A DNA stretch of 64,000 nt, taken from positions 702 to 64,701 of the IMG/VR virus record IMGVR_UViG_3300031576_000039. One strand, written 5' to 3'. Under the pieces are notes generated by a model. That model saw nothing but the letters and a program-made list of their open reading frames with translations, did no database searches and was not told where the DNA came from. Numbering within the stretch: position 1 is the stretch's first letter; every line of letters begins with the position of its first letter. Both the position numbers and the translations under genes were made by a program. Below, in pieces: positions 53,787-62,341 of this stretch. The stretch is from a virus (Duplodnaviria > Caudoviricetes).

Positions 53787-55042
53787 GCAGATCGAACCCC
53801 AGGTCCAGGATCGCCGCCGCGCGCGCGGTCGCCGCGGCGCGCGCGCCCTACTTCGCGTCGGCCCTGCTGTCGCTCGTGCCCGTGCCCGTGCCCGGCCTCG
53901 GCACGATCGGGGTCACGGCGCGCATGCACCTCCTCTACGACCCCGAGGTCGTCGAGCGCTGGACCGCACCGCAGCTCGCGGGCGGGCTCGCCCACGAGGT
54001 GCTCCACGTGGTGCTGCACCACCTGTCGCGCCACAGGGAGCACGACCCCAAGGTCGCGAACGTCGCCCAGGACCTCGCGGTCAACCCGATGGTCCTGGAG
54101 ATGAGGCTCGAGCTGCCGCCGGGCAGCCTGTACCCGTCGCAGTTCGGGTGGCCGGCCGGGCAGAGCGCCGACTGGTACCTCGCCGAGCTGCTCAAGCGGC
54201 AGCAGCAGGCGGCCGGCGCCCCGCAGCAGGACCCGGCCGACGGGTCCAGCGCGCCCGGGGAGGGTGGCCAGCCGAGGCCGGGCTGCGCGAGCGGCCACTG
54301 CGGGTCGTGCGCCGGCCACGCGCTGCCGGGAGAGCCGGGTGAGGACGACGCGGCTGGCCGGGATCGCTCTGACGTCGCCGCGATCCGCAAGGAGGCCGCC
54401 GCCGCGGTCGAGGCTCACGCGCGCTCCAAGGGGCACGGCAGCGTCCCCGGCGGGCTCCTCCGCTGGGCCGAGGACCAACTCGCGCCTCCTAAGGTGCGCT
54501 GGCAGGACAAGCTCGCTGTGGTCGCGCGCAGCGCCGTGGCGGGCCAGCGCGGCATGGCCGACTACACGTACTCGCGTCCCAGCCGGCGCTACCTCGGGTC
54601 GGCCAAGCCAGGCGACCCCGTACGGCCGTCGCTGTGGGCGCCGCGCCCGCGCGTGGCGATCTGGGCGGACACCTCGGGCTCGATAGGCCCCGAGGAGCTC
54701 GGGACGGTGCTGTCCGAGTCGCAGGGCGTGGTGCGGGCGGTGGGCGCGGAGGTCGAGTTCGGCGCGTGCGGCGCCGTGATCCACGCCGTCAAGCAGGTGC
54801 GGTCGTGGAAGGAGCTGCCCGCGCTGCTCAAGGGTGGGGGCGGGACGGACTTCCGGCCGGTCTTCGAGCGACTAGAGCAGACCCCGCCGGACCGCCGTCC
54901 CGACGTACTCATCTTCGCGACCGACGGGTGGGGACCCGCGCCGGACCGGCCCCCCGTCGGGACCAAGGTGATCTGGCTCCTGGTCGGGCGCAACGCCACG
55001 AGGCCGTGCTCCTGGGGCACGGTCGTCGAGGTGGAGCCGTGA
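53783..55042 (+). CDS. DUF2201-type metallopeptidase plus VWA-like protein
   Basis: HEVLH, NVAQDLAVN, DTSGS MIDAS, GGGGTDF, TDG. Confidence 0.85.
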   Translation: MSRSNPRSRIAAARAVAAARAPYFASALLSLVPVPVPGLGTIGVTARMHLLYDPEVVERWTAPQLAGGLAHEVLHVVLHHLSRHREHDPKVANVAQDLAVNPMVLEMRLELPPGSLYPSQFGWPAGQSADWYLAELLKRQQQAAGAPQQDPADGSSAPGEGGQPRPGCASGHCGSCAGHALPGEPGEDDAAGRDRSDVAAIRKEAAAAVEAHARSKGHGSVPGGLLRWAEDQLAPPKVRWQDKLAVVARSAVAGQRGMADYTYSRPSRRYLGSAKPGDPVRPSLWAPRPRVAIWADTSGSIGPEELGTVLSESQGVVRAVGAEVEFGACGAVIHAVKQVRSWKELPALLKGGGGTDFRPVFERLEQTPPDRRPDVLIFATDGWGPAPDRPPVGTKVIWLLVGRNATRPCSWGTVVEVEP

Positions 55043-55317
55043 GCCGGGCGTGGCGGTGGTCCGCGGCGGACCTGATCCGCGTCCACCTCGAAGGCGCCAC
55101 CGACGAGGGGAACATGGTGCTCGACCGGGTCCAGCACCTCGGGCGCGCCCTCGCGGTCGTCCTGCCGGACCGCGTGCTGCGCCTGGAGGGCGCGTGGCGC
55201 GAGGTCGCCTCCGTGGACGAGGTGGTGTTCGTCGCGGAGGCGGACGTGGGCCACGTCGAGGTCAGGATGACGTTCGCGGAGGCCGTGCGACTGTGCGAGC
55301 GGGAGATCAAGGCGTAG
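55039..55317 (+). CDS. Hypothetical protein
   Basis: GTGA overlap. Confidence 0.5.
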   Translation: MSRAWRWSAADLIRVHLEGATDEGNMVLDRVQHLGRALAVVLPDRVLRLEGAWREVASVDEVVFVAEADVGHVEVRMTFAEAVRLCEREIKA

Positions 55318-55321
55318 CGCG

Positions 55322-55828
55322 ATGGGCCTCATGAGCAGGAACAAGGGCAGGCGGTTCGAGCAGGTGGTCGCGCGCGCCCTGCGCCAGCGCTGGCCGGGCG
55401 CGGTGGTGCGCCGCGCCTCCCAGGCGGACCGCGCGCACCGCAGCGACGTCTACTTCGAGGGCGGCCCGGAGCTGCTCGAGCGCCTGTGGCTGGAGCTTCA
55501 GGACGCCGCGTCCCCGACCCCCGAGGACAAGCTCGACCAGGCGACGCGCGACTGCCACAGCGCGCGGGAGGCCATGCGGACCGCCGGCAAGCGGGCGGGG
55601 GAGCCGCGCCTCTACCTGCCAGTCGTGGTCTGGCACCGGCTGCGCGAGCGCGCCGCCCAGGCCACCATGGCGCTAGGGACCCTCCTCGACCTGATCGGCA
55701 GCGAGCTGCGGGACCCGCGCGCGGCGCACGCGTCGGTCGACCTGGCGACCGTCACCCTCGACATGGAGGAGTTCCTGGACCTGCTCCAGTACGTCGCCGG
55801 GGAGGCCCCGGGTGCCACTCCCTGGTAG
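55322..55828 (+). CDS. PD-(D/E)XK nuclease, Holliday junction resolvase-like
   Basis: SRNKGRRFE..VA..L...SDV...WLELQ. Confidence 0.65.
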   Translation: MGLMSRNKGRRFEQVVARALRQRWPGAVVRRASQADRAHRSDVYFEGGPELLERLWLELQDAASPTPEDKLDQATRDCHSAREAMRTAGKRAGEPRLYLPVVVWHRLRERAAQATMALGTLLDLIGSELRDPRAAHASVDLATVTLDMEEFLDLLQYVAGEAPGATPW

Positions 55829-56318
55829 TGCCGTGCTTGAGGAGCCGTCGGTCGCCGTCCTGGCCACTCTGGCCAACCTCCCGGTGGCCGTCCTGGTCGG
55901 CCTCGCGCAGATGGTGTCGTCGCCGCGCGACGCCGCCGGCTGGTCGCCGGTGCGGTCCCTACCCGAACCCATGCCGGACCACGTGCCCAGGCTGCTGACC
56001 TTGGGGGTCCTCCAGGAGAGGAAGGTGGGCAGGGATACCTGGGTCAGCCCCACAGCGGTCACCCGCAGCGCCGCCGAGGACAGGTTCGGCAGCGTCGAGC
56101 GCGTGCGGCGCATGTCCCCGCTGGAGATCCAGCACCTGGTCGTCGGCGAGGTGCACGAGCGCGGCGTCTTCTCCGGCGGAAAGTGGCGCAGGGCGACGGA
56201 CGCCGAGTTGATGCACGCCGAGGCGAAGCTGGCCCACCTGATCATGGAGACGCGAGCGGCGGCGCCTACGCCTACGAAGTCGGCCGCCGGGCCGGGCGAA
56301 CCCGGATCGGCCGCCTAG
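55812..56318 (+). CDS. Hypothetical protein
   Basis: Last plus-strand ORF; overlaps the convergent gene. Confidence 0.45.
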   Translation: MPLPGSAVLEEPSVAVLATLANLPVAVLVGLAQMVSSPRDAAGWSPVRSLPEPMPDHVPRLLTLGVLQERKVGRDTWVSPTAVTRSAAEDRFGSVERVRRMSPLEIQHLVVGEVHERGVFSGGKWRRATDAELMHAEAKLAHLIMETRAAAPTPTKSAAGPGEPGSAA

Positions 56319-56820
56319 GTACCTCAAGCACCCAGGCGCGCACCGGCGAGATCCCGCGCAGGCCGAGCGCGGCGTAGGTCGTGAAGGCGAGGTCCAGGAA
56401 CCCGCGCCGCACAGACCCGGGTTGGAGGCGGATCTCCACCCGCCACGCCCCACGCGGGCAGCGCCGCCGCACCATCGGCCTCGTGCACGCCCCGTAGGGC
56501 CCGCGGTCCATGACGCGGCACAGGGTGGTGCGCCCGGTGCGGACGCTCTGCACCAGGAGCACGGTCCCGCACCGGTGGGTGCGGTGGGCGCAGACGTGCA
56601 TCCCGGCCTCGACCTTGTGGTCCGGGGCGCACGCTAGGCCCTGGCCGCCCCAGCGGGAATCCCCGGGGCCCCCGTAGCGGCTGGCCCCGCCCACCTCGTC
56701 TGGTGCTCGCGCAGGCTTCGCCCAGGCGAGGTCTGGCAACCCCCGCATGAGTGGGTCCGCGACGGCTACGGAGAACTGGGCAATGACGTAGAAGGCCAGG
56801 GGAAGGATCAGGAGGGGCAT
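56272..56820 (-). CDS. RlpA-like (DPBB) lytic transglycosylase with an N-terminal hydrophobic anchor
   Basis: ASRYG, CAHRT..CGT...V......GR....RV.DRGPY, LDL. Confidence 0.75.
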   Translation of the reverse strand: MPLLILPLAFYVIAQFSVAVADPLMRGLPDLAWAKPARAPDEVGGASRYGGPGDSRWGGQGLACAPDHKVEAGMHVCAHRTHRCGTVLLVQSVRTGRTTLCRVMDRGPYGACTRPMVRRRCPRGAWRVEIRLQPGSVRRGFLDLAFTTYAALGLRGISPVRAWVLEVPRRPIRVRPARRPTS

Positions 56821-56844
56821 CCGCGGACCATCGCACGGGCGGCC

Positions 56845-57183
56845 CTACGAGGCGTCCCCGTCGCGCACGAACCCGTGCCACCCGCACGGCGCGCCCTGGA
56901 GAAGCACGCTGGCAGCACCCGGTCCCACGAAGCTGAGGTCGTCGATCGTGGTGCCGCTAGGGACCCAGCGACCCGGCTTCGGGTCTAGGTCGTCCGGCAC
57001 CTTGCCGACGAACCAGCACAGGACGCTGTGCGCGCCGACCTTGGTGCCGAGCGTCTTGACGCAGCCTGGGCAGATGAACAGCAAACCGTCGGCCTCAGCG
57101 ACGGTGTCGACGTGGACGTAATGCTCCTCATCGCCGACGCGCTCGTAGCGGACGAGTCGGGCGTCGAGATCGCGGAGTCTCAC
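56845..57183 (-). CDS. Conserved Cys/His phage protein (DUF6527-like)
   Basis: ADGLLFICPGC...HSVLCWF...W..SGT..DDL...C.WHGFV.DG. Confidence 0.65.
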   Translation of the reverse strand: MRLRDLDARLVRYERVGDEEHYVHVDTVAEADGLLFICPGCVKTLGTKVGAHSVLCWFVGKVPDDLDPKPGRWVPSGTTIDDLSFVGPGAASVLLQGAPCGWHGFVRDGDAS

Positions 57184-57190
57184 TCACGTC

Positions 57191-57994
57191 CTAGACAGGG
57201 ACCCGACTGTGGGTGAACTCCAGGTGCATCGGGTCTTGGTAACCACCCTGCCACCGCCCGCCCCACGAGAACCCGCACGACTCGAACGCCTCGACGAACG
57301 CGCGCGGCACCCCGTTGGGCCACCGCTCGTTCCACTCCTGGGTCCACGGCTCCGGTCCGTCCCCGTGCTCGTAGTCCTCGCTGGTGTTGTCGTCGTAGGG
57401 GTTGACGTCTACGGCGATCCCCCACGAGTGGAGCGACAGCGGCAGGTTCGCCTTGTGGCGGATGTGCCGGAACACGAACCCGCCCGCGACGCGGACCACG
57501 TAGTTGGGCGCCGAGAGGCGCGCGCGCCGGAACGCCTCGCGCATGTACGGTTCGACAAGACGGTGGCACTTGAAGTAGTACCTCGCTGGGATCTCAGGGA
57601 TCGCGCCGGTGCCGTGCAGCTCGACGATGTTCGCGCGCTCCCACGCCGGGTCTGCCCGGTCAAGCTTCTGCCCCGGGTCGCCGAACATCTTGACCACCTC
57701 GACGCGGCTGCGCGGCGAGCGCTCGAGTGGCCCGTCGAACGGGGCCCACGGTCCGACCGTGCCGAGAGCCGGCGGCCCCGGGATCGGCGGCAGCGAGGCC
57801 GGCGCGAGTGTCGCGAGCGTGGCGTCGAGGGCGGCCTCTAGCGCGGAGTCGTACTTGCCGCTCGCCGGTAGCCCGCGCTTCTCCTGGGCCTCCGAGAGCA
57901 CCAGGGCAATCCGGCGCTGCGTGTTCGGCTTGAGGTCGCGTAGGCCGAGGTACCTCGCGTTGTGAGCAACTGCGTCGTCGAGGTCGAGCGTCAT
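57191..57994 (-). CDS. Endolysin, M15 family peptidase with a peptidoglycan-binding-like N-terminus
   Basis: R...SLHSWGIAVDVN...GFSWGGRW...DPMHLE. Confidence 0.88.
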   Translation of the reverse strand: MTLDLDDAVAHNARYLGLRDLKPNTQRRIALVLSEAQEKRGLPASGKYDSALEAALDATLATLAPASLPPIPGPPALGTVGPWAPFDGPLERSPRSRVEVVKMFGDPGQKLDRADPAWERANIVELHGTGAIPEIPARYYFKCHRLVEPYMREAFRRARLSAPNYVVRVAGGFVFRHIRHKANLPLSLHSWGIAVDVNPYDDNTSEDYEHGDGPEPWTQEWNERWPNGVPRAFVEAFESCGFSWGGRWQGGYQDPMHLEFTHSRVPV

Positions 57995-58404
57995 GCCCGA
58001 GATCGTACCTCCGCGAGGCCGACGATCACCAGTTCCTCGTTCGCGCATCGCTCCGCGCCCGTCTCGTCCTCGGTCCAGTAGACCCGAGCGAGCCACCGGC
58101 CGAAGTGGTCGGGGTCCTTGGCCGTCTCGATCCGCAACGGCCATCGGCCGAGGTTGGCCACCTCCTTGACCGCGGTCGGGCACAGCCACGAGGCGAGCTG
58201 CGCCTTGGACTCCGCCGCCGCCGCACGCTCGACGGCGCTGGCTGAGCGCACCTCCGGGGCGTCTACGCCGAGCAGCCGGAACCGGCACTGGCCGAGCTGG
58301 TGGAAGCCCAGGTCCACCAGCAGGTCCACGGTGTCACCGTCGACCACGCGCAGGCACTGCGCACGGAAGCTGCCCGTGGGGTAGGCGTAGGCCCGCACAG
58401 TCAC
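57991..58404 (-). CDS. Thermonuclease (SNase family)
   Basis: VVDGDT, RLLGVDAPE, D.FGRWLA. Confidence 0.88.
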   Translation of the reverse strand: MTVRAYAYPTGSFRAQCLRVVDGDTVDLLVDLGFHQLGQCRFRLLGVDAPEVRSASAVERAAAAESKAQLASWLCPTAVKEVANLGRWPLRIETAKDPDHFGRWLARVYWTEDETGAERCANEELVIVGLAEVRSRA

Positions 58405-58916
58405 CCACCTGCGCGGCCTGGGGCCGCGTCGCGGGCGCCATCAGCCCGCCGCGACGCCCCGAGGCGCCCCAGGATCACCTTGCGGATCTCGTCCGCCGCC
58501 CTCTTGCGGTCGGCCTTGGAGAAGCCCACGCGGTCGAGCAGCTCTGTGGCGCGCTGCACAGCGTCTCTCTCCTTGAGTTCCCCAGCGTAGGTGTTGCCGG
58601 CCTTCACCGCCTTGTGCGCCAGCTCCTCCACGTAGTGGATCGCCTCCTGCGCGATCTTCTGGAGGACGCCGTGGCTCTCGGCGTACCGCACGTACTTCGC
58701 CGTCTCCTTGCGGTGGCCCAGCCAGCCCCAAAGCCTCGTTCCGAGGGCCGAGATCCCGGCTACCAGGGTCCCGACCAGCAGCTTGTTCAGGGCGTCGCCG
58801 AGGTCGTCGCTGCCGGCTGGCCCGGCGGCCCCGGCGGCCAGCGCGGTGGCGGGGAGTAGCAGGATCGCGCAGAGCAGCAGGATCGCGCAGAGCACCGCGG
58901 TGCATAGTGGTCGCAT
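58401..58916 (-). CDS. Holin-like membrane protein
   Basis: Signal/TM segments then A..AI.YVEE...GE.K...A; TAGACA-17-TACGCT-7-ATG promoter. Confidence 0.55.
   Translation of the reverse strand: MRPLCTAVLCAILLLCAILLLPATALAAGAAGPAGSDDLGDALNKLLVGTLVAGISALGTRLWGWLGHRKETAKYVRYAESHGVLQKIAQEAIHYVEELAHKAVKAGNTYAGELKERDAVQRATELLDRVGFSKADRKRAADEIRKVILGRLGASRRADGARDAAPGRAGG
58858..58893. repeat. 18-bp tandem duplication (LCAILL x2)
   Basis: agcaggatcgcgcagagc occurs twice. Confidence 0.85.
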
Positions 58917-58949
58917 GCGGCCGAGCGTACGCCGGGGGTGGCGCGGTGT

Positions 58950-59195
58950 CTACGGTCGCGGCTTGCTGGCGGCGGGTACCGGCGCCGACCTAGAGATCGA
59001 CCGGGCCCTCTGCGTGGTCTTCCGGAGTTCCTCGACGTGCTGCACCAGGCTCGGCTCGTCGACGTCGAACTCGTCGGCCGGGATGCCGCTGAGGCTGTCC
59101 AGCGACGCGTCGATGGCCGTGATGTCGTCGTCGACCATCCGCTCACAGGCGGCGATCGAGTCCTCGATCTCACTCGGGAGGGGTGTCGTCGCCAT
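58950..59195 (-). CDS. Small acidic protein
   Basis: GAGGAGG RBS. Confidence 0.55.
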   Translation of the reverse strand: MATTPLPSEIEDSIAACERMVDDDITAIDASLDSLSGIPADEFDVDEPSLVQHVEELRKTTQRARSISRSAPVPAASKPRP

Positions 59196-59466
59196 TGGTC
59201 CTCCTCTTCTTCTGGACGGACTCCACCAGCTCGTGGGCCTTCGCCGACTGTCTCTCGATGAGCTTCACGAAGCGGTCGTTCAGGTCCCCGAGCTGCCGCT
59301 GGTGCTCCTCGGCGACTACCTGCGCCGCCACCTCGTGCGCGTCCCTCGTCGCGTGGTGCGCCCGCTCGGCCCCCCGCGCGCGCAACTCCGCCCAGCCGGC
59401 CCACAGGCCGAGGGGTCCCCAGCCGGCGAGGAGCTTGAGCCATACGGGCCAGTCGAGTGGATCCAT
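59170..59466 (-). CDS. TM plus coiled-coil protein, holin-like
   Basis: Hydrophobic N-terminus; first gene of the lysis region. Confidence 0.5.
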   Translation of the reverse strand: MDPLDWPVWLKLLAGWGPLGLWAGWAELRARGAERAHHATRDAHEVAAQVVAEEHQRQLGDLNDRFVKLIERQSAKAHELVESVQKKRRTNGDDTPPE

Positions 59467-59496
59467 GGGGGTACAGGGATGGTAGTACGGGCGCCG

Positions 59497-59922
59497 TCAC
59501 GGCGGAGGGTTCGTGGGCAGCGGCAGGGCCGCGGCGCGGACCCCGAGGTCCAGGTAGGACGGGCCGACCACCTGCTTGCTCGCGCCCGCCCTGCGCGCCC
59601 ACACGTCGAAGACGTGGAGGCCACCCAGGTCCCGGGTGTCGGTGGAGGCCACCTGGAACAGGTACGACCCGGCGGACAGCTTCGTCGCCAGCTTGGAGAA
59701 CGCCGGCTGGGCGACGAGCTGCGAGCGCACGGAGAGGACCATCTGGTCAGTCCCCGCGAGGTTCAGGTCGACTGGGAGGCCGAAGTGGTCCACCAGATTG
59801 ACCTGGACGGAGAAGTCGGTGCCCGAGGCGACCGCGATCGGCGTCGCCGTGACGGCCGTCGCCGCGGACCCGGCGATCGGTTCGCCGTCGCGGAATACCC
59901 CCCTGATGACGAAGTCGGCCAC
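59497..59922 (-). CDS. Tail/baseplate-associated Ig-like protein
   Basis: GAGGAGG RBS; PVDL..T...S...YLF..DT..L...FDV pattern. Confidence 0.5.
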   Translation of the reverse strand: MADFVIRGVFRDGEPIAGSAATAVTATPIAVASGTDFSVQVNLVDHFGLPVDLNLAGTDQMVLSVRSQLVAQPAFSKLATKLSAGSYLFQVASTDTRDLGGLHVFDVWARRAGASKQVVGPSYLDLGVRAAALPLPTNPPP

Positions 59923-59932
59923 GGTTGCCTCC

Positions 59933-61165
59933 TCAGGTGAATCGCCCGAGTCGCGGGGTGTACCTGTACTGGATCGAGCCGACCCGCAAGTTGGCGGCGT
60001 TCCCGGCGATCTCCAGGCGGAACGTCTTGAACGACGCGGCCTCGGTCGCGGCGAACGGGGTCACCTCTGACACTATCCAGGAGGCCGGGGGGTCCGTCAC
60101 CGTGATCCCCGCGATCTGCACCTCAGCGCCCGCCGAGTCGAAGGAGAAGACGCGGGCCGCCGTGATGTCGGCGACGCCGTCCCCGAAGCGGAAGAACGCC
60201 ACCCCAGTGAGGACGGATTTCACGGGCAACGCCAGCGGAAAACGGGCGAGGCACGCTCCCGTGGACAGCAGGTACCCAGACGAGAACGAGAACCCCGACA
60301 GGTCGAACGCCTGGAACGGGTGGATCTGGACCACCTCCTCGACCGTGGCCCCGTCCGCGTCGGACCCGTCGATCGCCCAGCGGTAGGTACCGCCACCGAC
60401 TGATACCACGCGACCGATCCTCCGCTGATAGACGCTACCGTTGGGGTTGGCGAGCGGGAGGCCGGTGCTTCCGGCGAACACAGGGGTGCCGACCGCGGGC
60501 GAACCCGGGGCCGTTGACTCCACGAGGCCACGCACCCGGACCAGCCCCACCTTCGCCGTCGTCCACGAACCCCCGTCCGCAGCGCCCACAGTGACGCCGA
60601 GCGTCCCTGTCACGTGGGTAGCAACCGTGGCCAGCGCTGCGGAGACTCCCAGCAGGCGTTCTTCGCCCGGGAGGCCGGTCTTGATCGTCGACTCGTCGAC
60701 GAACCTCACGATGGTCCCAGGCGTGAGGGTGCCGCCGGACGCGTTGCGGCACGCGAGGACGCCGGAGTCCCCGGCGACGCTGTCGAGCCGCTGGAGCGCG
60801 GCGTTGACGTGCGGCTTCCAGCCCTTCACGAGGTCGGCCTGGATCGTCTCCTGCGCCGCCGGCACGCGGAGGAAGCTCTTGAACTGCCGCACGGCGGCCA
60901 CCTTGCGGTCGACCGCCTCGGACGTGAGGCCGAGGTTGACCACGAGCTGGAGCAGGTACGTCCCCTCCTTCTTCGGCGTGAAGGTCGGGTTCTCGATCGC
61001 CGTCGCGGACAGCGCGTCGGCGGGACCCTCGGGCTGGTCGATGATGGTCCAGGTATACGTGGTCTCACCGCCGACGTCGGCGTTCGACAGCTGGACGAGC
61101 GTGTTGATCGGCAGGTCCGTGTTGGACGCCGCGATCCCGTTCACCTCGATGTTGGCTGCCGGCAT
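59933..61165 (-). CDS. Tail fibre-associated protein with a PKD-like N-terminus
   Basis: YTWTIIDQP.G...NPTFTP..EGTYLLQLVV. Confidence 0.65.
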   Translation of the reverse strand: MPAANIEVNGIAASNTDLPINTLVQLSNADVGGETTYTWTIIDQPEGPADALSATAIENPTFTPKKEGTYLLQLVVNLGLTSEAVDRKVAAVRQFKSFLRVPAAQETIQADLVKGWKPHVNAALQRLDSVAGDSGVLACRNASGGTLTPGTIVRFVDESTIKTGLPGEERLLGVSAALATVATHVTGTLGVTVGAADGGSWTTAKVGLVRVRGLVESTAPGSPAVGTPVFAGSTGLPLANPNGSVYQRRIGRVVSVGGGTYRWAIDGSDADGATVEEVVQIHPFQAFDLSGFSFSSGYLLSTGACLARFPLALPVKSVLTGVAFFRFGDGVADITAARVFSFDSAGAEVQIAGITVTDPPASWIVSEVTPFAATEAASFKTFRLEIAGNAANLRVGSIQYRYTPRLGRFT

Positions 61166-61177
61166 GGTTCACCCCGC

Positions 61178-62338
61178 TCAGTAGTGCAGGTGGCCGGCGA
61201 TGGTGTAGCGCATATCCTCCAGCGCCGCGTTGGTGTTGTTCGTCGTCGCGCCCGACTGGAACCGCGCGCGGGCGAACGAGTGCCACGTCTGCGTGGTCTG
61301 GCCCACGCTGATCGGCGGCACTGCCGCCGCCAGCTCGGTCTGGACGCCGACGGTCGCGGAGAGCAGGGCGGGTTCGCCACCGCTCTGGTACCCGCTGACC
61401 GCCTCGTTGATGCCGATCAGCGTGTTGGCGTACCCGTTGACGTCCATCGTCCCGCCGAGCATCTCGCCACCGACGACGTAGAACTCGATCTCGCCGCGCG
61501 TGGCGCCGGGTCCGAGTTGCACCGCGGCCACCTGGACGCCCGTCGGTGCCTCGATCCCGAGCGCCGTGATGATCGGGGACCCGCCGTTGTACTGGAGGCG
61601 CCACTGCCCAGAGAACGGGACCATCCCGCCGGGGTAGAGGAGCGGCCTGCGGTCGACGAGGTCGGCGGTGCCGATGGACGCCACGGCGGAGCCCACCCGG
61701 ATTTCTGCGACCTTGATGTACCCGGCGGTCGTCGGTGGCACGACGCCTGGGTTCGCGGAGACGCCGACCTTGTAGGATAGAGCCGCGGTGGAGATGGCCG
61801 GCGCGTTGACGGTGCCCGCCGACCCGGCGAGGGCAAAGGCCAGCGTCTTGTTCAGGCTGTTCGGCGAGAACGTCCCGGAGGGAGGGTCGAGGACCTGACG
61901 CGACAGCGGGTTTCCGAGCACGCGGTTGACGCGCACCTCGACGATGTCGATCCGCGTGTTGGGCCCGGCGGGCGCCGCCGGCACGGCGAAGGTCACGTCG
62001 GCGAGCAGCGGCAGCGGCTTGTAGCTCTCGAGGTCCGACAGGCCGACCACCCCGCCGATGGCCGCCGGCACGTCGGCGGGCACGTCGGTGAACCCGAGCC
62101 CAGCCTTGACCACCACCTGCATCGCCACCGGCGAGACCGGGACGACGCGGAGCCCGTTGCCGACGAACCCCGTCACGCGCTCGGGCGCCTCGGACCCGAA
62201 CGAGGTCCGGCGCGCGAGCGCCTCGTACAGGTAGCGCCGCACGGAGCGGTCGAGCTGGGACTCGGCCTGGTTGACGTCGACCGCCAGCGGCTTCTCTAGC
62301 GGGTACAGCACGGTGCGGTCGAAGGGTTGGTCTGGCAT
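61178..62338 (-). CDS. Baseplate/tail fibre protein
   Basis: MQVVV.AG, RIDIV, P.VPPT.AGYIK.AEI.V...I...DL.DRR motifs. Confidence 0.65.
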   Translation of the reverse strand: MPDQPFDRTVLYPLEKPLAVDVNQAESQLDRSVRRYLYEALARRTSFGSEAPERVTGFVGNGLRVVPVSPVAMQVVVKAGLGFTDVPADVPAAIGGVVGLSDLESYKPLPLLADVTFAVPAAPAGPNTRIDIVEVRVNRVLGNPLSRQVLDPPSGTFSPNSLNKTLAFALAGSAGTVNAPAISTAALSYKVGVSANPGVVPPTTAGYIKVAEIRVGSAVASIGTADLVDRRPLLYPGGMVPFSGQWRLQYNGGSPIITALGIEAPTGVQVAAVQLGPGATRGEIEFYVVGGEMLGGTMDVNGYANTLIGINEAVSGYQSGGEPALLSATVGVQTELAAAVPPISVGQTTQTWHSFARARFQSGATTNNTNAALEDMRYTIAGHLHY

Positions 62339-62341
62339 GGG

